Assembly: GCA_963749495.1 (NCBI GenBank)
Contig: CAVVMW010000006.1
Coordinates: 576,001-640,000, forward strand
Origin: an uncultured bacterium
GTDB taxonomy: Bacteria; Verrucomicrobiota; Verrucomicrobiia; Limisphaerales; UBA8199
DNA length: 64,000 nucleotides
Direction of reading: 5' to 3'
Below the pieces are notes generated by a model. The model had not been told where the DNA came from, searched no databases, and was given only the letters and a program-made list of their open reading frames with translations. A program made the translations under genes and the position numbers. This document shows positions 49,610-60,000 of the stretch, piece after piece; position 1 is the stretch's first letter, and every line of letters starts with the position of its first letter.

Positions 49610-52600
49610 TCAGGGGCTGAGGCTGACTTTGAGGCGGTAGAAACGGGGGGATGGGGCGAGGGGCTCGGAGATGGTGACGGGGTTGCCGGTGCCTGGGATG
49701 TTGTTGGTGAAGGTGGTCCAGGTGTTGGTGGGGGCGAGGCTGTCGAGAGAATCCACGGCATAGATGCGGCCGGGGTGGGTGCTGAAGGTCAGGAGGCAGG
49801 ATTGGTTGAGCAGCGAGATGGCGCTGAACTTGAGGAAGTCCTGGCTGTCGCGAGGGTTTGTGCCGGCGATGTACTCCTGGTAATTGGTGAAGCCGTCGCC
49901 GTCGGGGTCGCCTTGGGGGCCGTTCAGGCCTGTGGGGTCGGTCGGGTCGAGGCCGTAGGCCAGCTTCCATTCGTCGGGCAGGCCATCGCCGTCGCTGTCG
50001 ACGGTCGCGGCGCCCTGGTTGAGGAGGCCGGGTGTGGGGGCGGCGGCCTCCCAGTTGGCCGGGTCGTCGCCAAAGACGGCGCTGGCAATGCGCTGGAGGG
50101 AATTGCCTGTGCCGTCGGTGCCCGCGGGCCAGGGCGGTTGGCCCGAGTATTGGACTTCGTCTGCCAGGACGTAAGGCACAAAGCCCGGGCTCGGGTCTGC
50201 GGGGCCTTGCGGGGTGTCGGGGAAATAGAGGCACAGGCTCTCACCCTGGTTGCCCAGGTGCCCTTGATAGGGGCCGAAGATGGGGGTGTTGGTGTCCACG
50301 CCATAGAGCTTGCGGAACCAGTCGAGCGAAGCGGGGTCGCAATTGGGGTCGAAGCTCACGACCAGCAGGCAGGCCAAGGGCGGGAGGGTGGCGCCCTGGG
50401 GGAAGGAGAAACTGACAGCGCCGCCCAGCCGCCAGGTATTGGTGGGATAGAGCGGGTCGAAGAGCGGGGCGGCCTGCGGGGTAATGTTGCGCAGTTCGAC
50501 GTATTCGTCGGCGGTATCTGCGTCCGGCCCAAAGGGGGGCGGGGCGTACATGAGTTCATTGATGACGATGGGGCCGACCTTGGGTCCGGCGTTGGGCAGG
50601 CCCAGGGTGTTGCGTTTCTGGGCGACGAAGTGTTCGAGGCCGTCGCTGGACACGTAGCGGCCGAAGGTGACGCCGTTGGCCTGGGCGCCGAAGCTGAAGC
50701 CGTGGCAGTAACCGGTGATATTGGTGCCGTCGCCCGAGAACAGGTAGAGCTCCTGGCCCAGGGAATTGAGCCGGAAGCTGTAAGGGCCGTTGTTGTTGAA
50801 CTGGTCCTCGGTAAAGACGGTGCAACCGCCCGGTGGAATGACAGTATTGGCCGGGATGCAATACTTCAGGGGCTCGGAATGGCTGTCAGTGAGGAACCAT
50901 CCGCCGATGGGGGCCGGGCTGGCGGCGGGGTTGAGCAGCTCGATGCTGTCCAACTGCGGCGGGTCGGTGTGTGTGAGGGCCTCGTTGAGCACGACAGGCG
51001 GGATGGAGGGGGGCGGCGGATCGGCGCGGCCGGGCGAACCGCCCCACTCGGTGCTGGGCCGCCAACTGGCGGGATTGGTCCAGGAATAGAGAGGGGCGTT
51101 TTCGTTGCGGATGACGAGGGAAAATCCATGATGCGCGGTGGCCGGGTACCAGGCGGCCTCATAGGCGAAATCCAGGATCGGCTCCTGGAGGGGGCCTTGA
51201 AGGCGGAGGTGATCGCCGGTGTTGTTGAGGGCGCCGGTGTACTGGCCGGCGATGTTGGTGACCTCCGGGTAGCGGGACTGGAAGGCGGCCAGGTTCCTGA
51301 CCAGGACCAGGTACTGGCCTGGGCCGAGGCTGGTGATGGGATTCGCCGCGGTGAAGGTGAAGGAGATGCCGTCGGTGAAACTGGCGCCCAACAGGTTGAG
51401 CGGCTGCGCGCCGGCATTTTTCAATTCGATGAACTCGAACTGATCGTTGTCGATGTTCCCGGAGGGCGCGGGCGGGGGATCGTACATGATCTCGGTCACG
51501 ACCAAGGGCGGCGTGGCGACGATGAAGGTGGCGGCCGTGGGCCCCGACCAGGAACTGCTCAGGGGCGGGTTATTGGCGCCGGTGAGGTTGTGGTGCAAGG
51601 CATTGTAATTGCGGGCGAAGACGCGGGCGTTGTTGGCCAGGGTGAGGGTGGCCGAGTTGAGCGCGGCCAGGGCCTTGGGCGAGACCGCGCCGCCGGGCAG
51701 CCTGGGGTCGGTCCCGTCGAGAGTATAGTAAATAGTGCTGTTGCTCTCGCGCGTGGAGGCAGTGAGGGTGAGGGAGTAACCGGGGGTGATGGCGCCGCCA
51801 TTGCCGCTGAAGACCGGGGCGTTGAGGAAGTTCGAGTCCATGAAATCCAGGCGGTTGGAGAACCAGTATTTGGTGAAATCCACTTCGCCCTGGTAGGTGC
51901 CCGGCGTGGGGAAGGTGTAGGTGAGGCCGTCGCCGGAGACGGCGCCGGAGCGGGGGGAGGTGTCCGAACCGTCGCTGCCGGCCCAGCGGGCGGCGTCGCG
52001 GGGCGCCGCCTCGCGGACCTGGCTGGCGAGAGAGTCGATCCTGGCCATTATGTTGGTCGCGTGATAGAGCGTGCGGCGCAGCGTCTGGTAACGGTCGATC
52101 CAGCGCTGCCAGAAATCGGGGTCTTTGAAGAGAACGCCGTACCAGGGGTTGTCGAAGATGGCGGCCGGGTTGAACATGTCGGTGCCGTTGTCCCCGTCGG
52201 CCGAGCGCCAGCGGCGGGGGTTGAAGCCCCGGGCGTCGTCGTCGGTGCGGGTGCCGAAGCAGCGGTCGAAATCCCAGAGCGGTCCCAGGACGAGCGGGCC
52301 ACTGCGCGGCTTGTTGAAATAGGTGCTGATGCGCAGGGCATCAACGTTGAAGACCAGCGTCTGGTGGAGGTGATAATCGATGCAGGAATCCAGGTCGATG
52401 CAGGGGGCGTAGCCGGTCGCGGGGTTGGTCCAGTTCGGGCCGTTGAGCGCTGAATAAAAGGCGCTGAACCAATTGCGGATGTACTGCAACTGGGCGGCGC
52501 GTTCCGGCGCGGTGATCTCGAAATAATCGGGGTCCAGATACCAGCAGTAGGCCCCCGCCAGGTAGTCCTGGACGCCGGGGTTGGCCTTGTCGATGCTCAG

Positions 52601-55525
52601 GAGATAGCCGCCGGTGACGTTCGGAGCGTTGGTGTCCGTGGGCTGGAGCGTGGGGATGTCCACGCGGTTCTTGCCGATCTTGATTTTCTCCTCCAGCACG
52701 TAGAGGCCGCCGTAATCGGCCAAGGTAATCGGCCCGGCCGCGCCGGAGCCGACCTTGAGAAACACCTCGACGAACCGGGTGCGGGAGCTGTAATGGCCCA
52801 GGTCGCGATAGAGTCCAAGGGCCAGCGGATTGTGCATGAGGCATTTGTCGTACTTATCAATGCCGTAAAAGATCCAGTCATTGTCCGAGGGCATGCCAAG
52901 CAGTTCGACATTGCGGTTGGCGCCGTATTCATCCTCGGTCTGGACGCGCAGGTTGGGTTTGGGATTCCAGAATGTGGCCTGGCCGCGCCGATGGAAATAG
53001 CCCTGGACGGCGAGGTCCGGGGGGTTGAGCATCGAACTGCGGCCCTGGCTGCGGGTGTCAAAGACCTGCATGGTCATGAACTGATCGGTGGTGGCGGCCA
53101 CGGGCCCTCCGCCCATGTCGTGGAAGATGATGATCGGCAGGTCGGAGGTGAAGGTCGCGGCGTCGGCCGCAATCTGGAGGTAGGTCTCGTTGTGGAGCGG
53201 ACCGGGGAAGAGATTGGTCTGGGCCGAGAAGGCGCGCGCGCGGACCTGGACGCTGGAGGAAATGGCCAGGGGCTGAGTGTAGCGGGGAGAATTGGCATCC
53301 GGGGCGTTGGTGATGGTGGCGAGCGAACCGTTGTTGATCAACAGGTAGCGAATGACGGCGTTGGTGTCCGCCGTGCTCAGGGCCAGCGTGAAGGGCTGGC
53401 GGAAGGTCCGGCTAACAACCGAGAACTGGACCTCGGGACCGAAGCCCGGGCCGAAAGTGGAGTTGGCCGCGCCCGGGGTCGGCTGGACGAAATAGCCGGT
53501 CATCGAGGGATCCAGGCGATCGCGGCCGTAGGAGACATCCGCGTACTGCGCCGGGTAGGAGGCGAAGGCCGAGAGAATGGTGGCCCCATCGGAATACACC
53601 AGCGCCAGGTAACTGCCGGCGGCGGTCGAGAGTTTGAAATTGGTGTGCAGCGGCGCCGCAGGGTCGGTGTGGTCCAGGCCGGAGGCCCAGACCAGCAGGT
53701 AAGCGCCGGCCTCGAGTGTGACCCCGCCGGGGAAACGCCACTTGCTCAGCGTAGCGGGGTCGTCGGTCAGGTACCAGCCGTCCAGGGCGACGGGCTGCTG
53801 GCCGGCGTTGTAGAGTTCGATCCAGTCGGCGTGCTGGCCGGCATCGTCCACGATGGTGTGCTTGTTGTCGGCCATGAACTCGCTGATGATGACCGACCGG
53901 TTGAGCGCGGAGGGATCGAGGGTGTAGCTCCAATTGCCGCCGTCGAAGCGGTTGGAGCCGGCGCACAAATCGGTGATAGCCTGCGCGGGGCTCCACGCCG
54001 CCAGGACCGTTCCCACGGGCGGTTGCGGGAAGTCAAAGACACACACATCCGGGGCAGCGACAGTCAGGTTCGCGGCGGGCAGACCGTTGATCAGCAGGTC
54101 GCTGGCCTGGACGCCCGCGACGCCCTTGGTGAAATGGACCTCGATCTCGCCCAAGGCAGCCACCGTGGCGCCGGGCGCGGGGATCACCCGGAGCACGGCG
54201 GGCGGGTTGGTGTCGCGCAGGACAGTCAGAGTGGCGACGCTGCTGGTAACGGAGAGAGTCACGCCGCCGACAAGGTTCCAGGCCACGGCCTTGAACTGCG
54301 CCCCATCGCTGCTCAACGGCGCCGAAGCGATGGTGAAGGTGGCATTGGTGGCGCCGGAGAGAGCGGCTGCGCCTTCATACCACTGGTAGGCAGGGGGCGG
54401 GATGCCCCGGGCTGCGACGCTGAAGGTGGCCGGGGACAGTTCGAGAACCGCCTGGCTTTGAGGCTCCAGGGTGATGGCCGGCGGCGTGGGCCCTTGAATG
54501 GTGAAGGCCTGGATGCCGTCGGCGGTCGCCATGGCGTAAAGGGCCGCGCTGTTCCCGCTAATCTCGCCCCAGGTGACAGACCCCGTGCTGTGCGCATCGG
54601 CGGGCAGCGTCCCGGTGGTGGCATTGGCCTGGCCCAGGAGCGCCGGCGCGGCCGGGTCGGTCATGTCATAAAGGCTCACATGGTTGTCCACGGTGCTCAG
54701 GGCCGCCATCAAGGGGACACCCGCCACGACCGCGAAGCTCAGTGCCCGTTCATCGGCCGAGGCCAGGGCCGGGCTGGCCACCAAGGTGCCGTTGCTGCCT
54801 GAAAAGCCGGTATAACGCAGGGCGCTGCCGGCCCCTCCTTGAGTGCCGGCCACATGGCCGGAATCGGCGAAGGCGATGCCCAAACGGAAATCGCCCGCAG
54901 CAGGCGCAACGCCGCCAAAACTCACCGCCGTGGCCGTGCCGGCACTCGGATCGATAATCGCATAGCCATTGTTGCCCGCCACACTCGGCGTGCTGCCGAA
55001 CCCCGCCGCCAGACGCGTCGCCGTGCCGCTGCCGATGGCCGCCAGGGTGTCTCCCACTCGAACGCCCGCCAGCGGCAGGCCGCTATAGACCACCTCCGGC
55101 AGTGTGCTGGAAAGCTCATTCGCCCACCGGTAAACGCTGAACGGCGGTGTCCCCACCGCCAGGTTGCCCACATAAATGGCCCCGTCCTCTCCCACGGCCA
55201 CCATATCCACATTGAAGGTGCCGCCCGCAACGATGCCCGCCCCCAGGTTGAGCGCCCCCAACTCGGACCCCGTCTGCGCATCCAGGATGCGGACCGTATC
55301 GCCGTTGCTGCGGCTGACCAGGTAGAGGTGGTTGTTGCCGTAAGCCAGGCCCCGCTCCGTGTCGCCGCTCGTCAGGTAGGAATAGGTGCTGCCGTTATAT
55401 CCATTGGGCGAGAGCCAGCCGTTTTGGCCGAACGTGGTCATGGGCGCAATGCTGAACTGCGCCTGGGCAGACAGGGCCAACGCCAGCCAGAGAGCCGATG
55501 CGCCGAGCCGGGAGGCAGGTTTCAT
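49610..55525 (-). CDS. Large secreted multidomain protein: Ig-like, three lamin-tail domains, CotH kinase-like domain, chitobiase-like Fn3
   Basis: ISEFMA..DWIELYN, GPLWDFDRCFG, YYTLDGTDPR, VTEIMYDP, DSDGDGLPDEW. Confidence 0.85.
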   Translation of the reverse strand: MKPASRLGASALWLALALSAQAQFSIAPMTTFGQNGWLSPNGYNGSTYSYLTSGDTERGLAYGNNHLYLVSRSNGDTVRILDAQTGSELGALNLGAGIVAGGTFNVDMVAVGEDGAIYVGNLAVGTPPFSVYRWANELSSTLPEVVYSGLPLAGVRVGDTLAAIGSGTATRLAAGFGSTPSVAGNNGYAIIDPSAGTATAVSFGGVAPAAGDFRLGIAFADSGHVAGTQGGAGSALRYTGFSGSNGTLVASPALASADERALSFAVVAGVPLMAALSTVDNHVSLYDMTDPAAPALLGQANATTGTLPADAHSTGSVTWGEISGNSAALYAMATADGIQAFTIQGPTPPAITLEPQSQAVLELSPATFSVAARGIPPPAYQWYEGAAALSGATNATFTIASAPLSSDGAQFKAVAWNLVGGVTLSVTSSVATLTVLRDTNPPAVLRVIPAPGATVAALGEIEVHFTKGVAGVQASDLLINGLPAANLTVAAPDVCVFDFPQPPVGTVLAAWSPAQAITDLCAGSNRFDGGNWSYTLDPSALNRSVIISEFMADNKHTIVDDAGQHADWIELYNAGQQPVALDGWYLTDDPATLSKWRFPGGVTLEAGAYLLVWASGLDHTDPAAPLHTNFKLSTAAGSYLALVYSDGATILSAFASYPAQYADVSYGRDRLDPSMTGYFVQPTPGAANSTFGPGFGPEVQFSVVSRTFRQPFTLALSTADTNAVIRYLLINNGSLATITNAPDANSPRYTQPLAISSSVQVRARAFSAQTNLFPGPLHNETYLQIAADAATFTSDLPIIIFHDMGGGPVAATTDQFMTMQVFDTRSQGRSSMLNPPDLAVQGYFHRRGQATFWNPKPNLRVQTEDEYGANRNVELLGMPSDNDWIFYGIDKYDKCLMHNPLALGLYRDLGHYSSRTRFVEVFLKVGSGAAGPITLADYGGLYVLEEKIKIGKNRVDIPTLQPTDTNAPNVTGGYLLSIDKANPGVQDYLAGAYCWYLDPDYFEITAPERAAQLQYIRNWFSAFYSALNGPNWTNPATGYAPCIDLDSCIDYHLHQTLVFNVDALRISTYFNKPRSGPLVLGPLWDFDRCFGTRTDDDARGFNPRRWRSADGDNGTDMFNPAAIFDNPWYGVLFKDPDFWQRWIDRYQTLRRTLYHATNIMARIDSLASQVREAAPRDAARWAGSDGSDTSPRSGAVSGDGLTYTFPTPGTYQGEVDFTKYWFSNRLDFMDSNFLNAPVFSGNGGAITPGYSLTLTASTRESNSTIYYTLDGTDPRLPGGAVSPKALAALNSATLTLANNARVFARNYNALHHNLTGANNPPLSSSWSGPTAATFIVATPPLVVTEIMYDPPPAPSGNIDNDQFEFIELKNAGAQPLNLLGASFTDGISFTFTAANPITSLGPGQYLVLVRNLAAFQSRYPEVTNIAGQYTGALNNTGDHLRLQGPLQEPILDFAYEAAWYPATAHHGFSLVIRNENAPLYSWTNPASWRPSTEWGGSPGRADPPPPSIPPVVLNEALTHTDPPQLDSIELLNPAASPAPIGGWFLTDSHSEPLKYCIPANTVIPPGGCTVFTEDQFNNNGPYSFRLNSLGQELYLFSGDGTNITGYCHGFSFGAQANGVTFGRYVSSDGLEHFVAQKRNTLGLPNAGPKVGPIVINELMYAPPPFGPDADTADEYVELRNITPQAAPLFDPLYPTNTWRLGGAVSFSFPQGATLPPLACLLVVSFDPNCDPASLDWFRKLYGVDTNTPIFGPYQGHLGNQGESLCLYFPDTPQGPADPSPGFVPYVLADEVQYSGQPPWPAGTDGTGNSLQRIASAVFGDDPANWEAAAPTPGLLNQGAATVDSDGDGLPDEWKLAYGLDPTDPTGLNGPQGDPDGDGFTNYQEYIAGTNPRDSQDFLKFSAISLLNQSCLLTFSTHPGRIYAVDSLDSLAPTNTWTTFTNNIPGTGNPVTISEPLAPSPRFYRLKVSLSP

Positions 55526-55669
55526 GAATGCAGGATACTGGGATAAAGGCGAACGCGGACCCATACAAATCAAGCTCATTGGCAGCCGATGCTCCTCCTG
55601 ATGGCCTGGGGTGTCAAGAGGGGAGTGTCGAGGGACGACGGGCGAGGGAATCCGGAGTGGCCGTCCCTG

Positions 55670-55933
55670 GTGCGATTAAAAGCGTCGGGCATGCGCCTTG
55701 GGGGTTTTGTCCCGGAGGGACATCTGACAATAGCCCGGCGTTTCAACGCCGGGGAGGCCACAAAAGGGAGCCTCGTCCCGAAGGGACGACTGAGAACACC
55801 CCGTGCTTTCAGCCGTCCCTTCGGGACGCCTGCTCCCTGGGTCCGCTCACCCGGCGTTGAAACGCCGGGCTATTCTCGGAAGCCCCTGCGGGGCAAAAAC
55901 GCGCCGTCGGCTGACCGACCGTTTTAATCGCAC
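55670..55933. repeat. Nested palindrome: GTGCGATTAAAA..TTTTAATCGCAC shell around an ATAG-type REP cluster
   Basis: AATAGCCCGGCGTTTCAACGCCGGG and its inverse, with GTCCC.NAGGGAC hairpins. Confidence 0.8.
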
Positions 55934-56050
55934 TCGGCCGTCGCTCCCTCCTCGTCCCTCGCCACTCCGTTCTGAAGCTCTGTCAGCGCAGTATAAGTAA
56001 CAGTTGTGCCCCCGCCGGGCTTTATCGGCGGACTGCGCCTCTCTGCCGCA

Positions 56051-56105
56051 CGTCGGTGTTGGACAATCGAGGTCGGATATGGATAACCATTTCGGTTTTA
56101 GACAA
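56051..56105 (+). promoter_or_regulatory. Three phased direct repeats (TCG-N5-RGAYAA) upstream of the AraC gene
   Basis: Units at 56051, 56071 and 56090. Confidence 0.6.
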
Positions 56106-56267
56106 TAGTTTTGGTTTGAAGGCAACGGCTCGCGCATCATTGACTTGAACCAAGAAGTAAAAATGTCAGAGTGCCTGCCAATCACAGTTCCGCGACTCTC
56201 GGATTTCGCTGCGCCCGAATCCAGTGCAGCCTCCGGCCAACCTCGGTCCAGCTACGGGAGGTGAAAA

Positions 56268-56735
56268 GTGAAAGGAAGTCTCCTGACAATGAAAGAATGG
56301 GAAGAGGTCGCGCGCGAGGCGGACTTCAACCCCGGCAGGATGGCGGCGCTGTGCTCGATCTCCGAGCGCCAGTTGCAGCGGCTTTTCCAGCAGCACCTGC
56401 GGTGCACGCCCAGCCGGTGGCTGCGCAACCTCCAATGCCGGCTGGCCAAACAACTCATTGCCAAGGGCTATTCCAACAAGGCGGTCGCCACCGAGTTGAA
56501 ATTCTCCAGCCAGTCCCATTTCTGCCGCGAGTTCAAGAAGGTGTTCGGCATGTCGCCCCAGACCTTTGCCCCCGCCCACGACAGCAGCGCGCCCTCTTCC
56601 CACAGAATCTCCCGCGAAAGCTGGAGCGCCCTCGACGCCGCACCCCCCAGCAGGCATGAAAGCGTGTCGAGTGTCGAGTGTCGAGGGAACCCGGAACGGC
56701 CGTTGCCCGCCCCTGCGATGTCCGATGACTTATGA
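56268..56735 (+). CDS. Short AraC-family regulator (HTH domain only)
   Basis: MAALCSISERQLQRLF..AKQLI..KAVA.EL.FSSQSHFCREFKKVFGMSP. Confidence 0.9.
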   Translation: MKGSLLTMKEWEEVAREADFNPGRMAALCSISERQLQRLFQQHLRCTPSRWLRNLQCRLAKQLIAKGYSNKAVATELKFSSQSHFCREFKKVFGMSPQTFAPAHDSSAPSSHRISRESWSALDAAPPSRHESVSSVECRGNPERPLPAPAMSDDL

Positions 56736-56840
56736 ACCACGGGTTAGGAGTATCTTATTCTTATCCTAAAGATTGCACGATCTTATCCACGGCCGTCCCG
56801 GGCACTGGGACAGCAAAAGAGCGTAACTGGGGAGCAATGA

Positions 56841-56914
56841 CATCGCTTTTAGACAAGAATGTCGCGCAGGGACAATCAATGTCGCCCTCGGACAACAATG
56901 TCGGTTTTAGAACA
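56841..56914 (+). promoter_or_regulatory. Four phased direct repeats (TGTCG-N5-RGACAA) upstream of the giant gene
   Basis: Units at 56841, 56860, 56880 and 56899. Confidence 0.7.
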
Positions 56915-57070
56915 TCCTTTTCATTTGCCTGGATCTCTGTGGTTGGGGTTAATCGCAGGCAAGGGCGCAGGTGCCGCTCGAAACGTGTTATGAGCGGGTG
57001 CCGAAAACCGGACGCGCTAACGTAACGACCAGAGTGTCCGACCCTGACCAAAGTAACCGAACGACCTAAT

Positions 57071-60000
57071 ATGAAGAACAACACCAGCAAGACTCGAAGT
57101 CCCCGCGCGTGGGTTCTGGGTGGCCTGGCATCCCTCATGATGTCACTGCCCGTCTTGGCACAACACATCTCGCCCGCGACTTCGCCCAATGTACCCATAA
57201 CGATCATCGGCGCATCGCCCGTAGTCTTCACCGCGGCCTCGCCGTACCCATCGATTATCGATCTGACGGGGGCCGGCATCAGCGGCCCGATCGAGAAGGT
57301 CACGGTGTCCGTGACCCTGACGCACAATTACACGCGCGACGTGGGTCTGCTCCTGGTGGGTCCGGACGGGACAAGCGTGGTGTTGATGAACCACGCCGGC
57401 ACCGGCCCGGTCCCCAAGGACACCGTGCTCACCTTCGATGACCAGCACGGCACGGCCATTGGCCCGACTGCGGCCCTGACCTCCTCTACCTACCTGCCCA
57501 CGGACCTGAGCGGGCCCCCCCGCGAGGACTTCGTGAACGCGAGCGCCACCCCAGACATCTCAAAGGGCAAACCCCCGCTGACGGCCAACTGCGCCACCAC
57601 TCTCGCCGCGCTGATAGCAAATCTGCAGCCGGACCCCACCAAAGGGCCCGCCAGCGTCAACGGGGCCAACGGGAAATGGGCGTTGTACGTCCAGGACGAT
57701 TCCTACGCCAGTGCCGGCAGCATCAGTTCCTGGTCGATCAATATTTACACGGGGCCGTCGTGGAACACACTCTCCGCGGATACGGTAACGCTCTCGGAGA
57801 ACGACGGCTCACAGACCATCAATTTCACGCTCAATGATTACACCATCCCGTCGGGCGGGTTCAAGGTCACGCTCGCGGACAACAGTGGCACACAAAAGAC
57901 GTTGGCCACGATTAGCCCCGGCACTTTCGCTAACCTGAGCGGCACGCTCACGTTCACGCCTGTTCAGAACGTGTACGGCACCAACGTGCCCGGCGCGATC
58001 AGCAGCACCCCGCTCGTCTTGACCGTGGACGACCAGCTCGGTCTTCCATACAGCACGTACACCACGAACATTAACGTGCAGGTCGCCCACGTGAACCAGC
58101 CCCCCTCCTTCAGCAAGTTCCCCTCTAGTGTGACGCTGAACCAGGGTCAAATGAGCGCGGTCTTGACCGCAACCCTGTCCGACGCGGACTTTTCCTTGAC
58201 AACCGAGCCGCTCGTGATTACGGTTACATCGGACAACCCCAGCATCGTCTCGGCGACCGATGTCTTCCTGGATCCCACCCAGCCCCTGAATGCCCAGGGC
58301 GACCGCACCTTCACGATCATCCCGAACGCCGACGCGGTGGGCTCCTGCAATCTGACCTTCACCGTCACGGACACCAGCGACGTCGCGACCACCCACCTGA
58401 CGGCGACGGCGGTCTTGCCGGTGACCATCAACGCGGCGCCGCAGCAGGTCAATGGCAACCCCGCCCCCATCATTCTGAGCGCGAGCACCGCCACGAGCAA
58501 AATTACGCCCAGCGGCGTGGCCGGCGTCATTGCCAGCAACACCGTGGTGGTCAACGGACTGAGCAACGTGGATCCCAAGACGCTGCAACTTCTCCTGACA
58601 TCCACCAAGGGCGGCAAGGTGGTGACCCTGCTCTCTCCCAATGCGGCCTATACCGGCACCACGACGAACTTCTCGCAGCTCGTGTTTGTCAACGACAATA
58701 GCAGCAGCGTCACCGCCCTCCCCGCAGGCGGCACTTCCACCAGCCCCCTCCTGATTTATGCCCCCAACCTGAACAACGTCGTGGGTGACTCGCCCGACAA
58801 CACCTGGACCCTCACGGCCGTCAACGGCGCGGCCGCCTCCGGCACCTCGCAGATCGTCAACGGCTGGGTGATCAATTTCTACATCGCCCCAATCATCACC
58901 TTGAGCACCTCCAGCACGACGTTGACTGAAGGCGACGGCGGGAACAACAGCCTGGTCGTTACCTTCTCGGTTTCTGACCGAAACGGGTACTTCCTGACCA
59001 ACAACAACGTGAACGCTTACAATGTCAGCGTCGCATCAACCGCCGGCCCCTCCGGCCTGATCGGCATCACCAAGGTGTTCTTCAACCCGACAAACCAGGC
59101 CGACACCGGCACGGCCACTCTCACCTCCCTCTACGCGGCCAACACTGTGCCCCAGTTCGGCACCAGCACCATCACGGTGAGCGTGACCGACAACAATGGT
59201 TTCACGGGGACGACCAACATTACGGTCAACGTGCCCTTCCAAAATCACCAGCCCAGCGTGACCTTCGTTCCCAAGCAGCTTCCCTATGCGGGCGTGCCCA
59301 CGGACCCGATTCCGTTCACGGTGAGCGACGTGGACGCCCCGAGCCAGACGCTGACGGTCACGGTTTCCGCGGACAACCAGAAGTTCCTGCCCAACAGCAA
59401 CATCATTCTCACGCAGGTGAGCACGGACCCCACTAAGAATGCCACCACCTATACATTGGTTCTGTACCCGGTTGGACCGAGCGCCGGCTCCGCCAACGTT
59501 TTCATCAACGTTGACGACGGCTCTGGAAAGGGCAACAGTTCGGCCAGCACCAGCTTCCCCTTCATCATCATCGGTCCCGGCAATCCTCAGGCTGCGAACC
59601 TGACGCAGATCAATATTCCGGTCAATAGCGCCGCAGGCCCCTATCCCTCGACTGTGACCGTCAGCGGCCTGATTGGAACGGTGAGCAAGGTGACGGTGGA
59701 CCTGTTTGACCTGGAATTCAACCAATACCTGAATGGGCTGCACATGTTGCTCGTGTCTCCGGACGGCACTCATTTCGCCGAGCTCATCAGAACTCTGGGC
59801 GACCGCACCCTCAACACCGCGGGCAACACCCCAAGCGCGACCTTGATCCTCGAGGATGGGGCGCCGAACCTGCCCACCGGGTCCGGCCTCGGGGGGCTGG
59901 TCTCGGGGACCTTCGCCCCGACCCAAGGCTCTGGCCCTGGCAGCGTATATCCGCCTTACCCGACCGCCCAAAACAACAAGGTTCCGATCGGCCCCTACGG

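Noticed and set aside
49511..54802. Long plus-strand ORFs (980 aa, 669 aa) and similar ones at 241-1743, 9083-11119 and 36605-38506
   Set aside because: Antisense shadows of real high-GC genes with no recognisable motifs.
49610..55525. Sporulation gene
   Set aside because: CotH-like kinase domains fused to lamin-tail domains are common in secreted proteins of non-sporulating bacteria.
56841..56914. Mini-CRISPR or replication iterons
   Set aside because: The period is only 19-20 bp, units are degenerate, and there are no spacers or rep gene. An operator array fits better.
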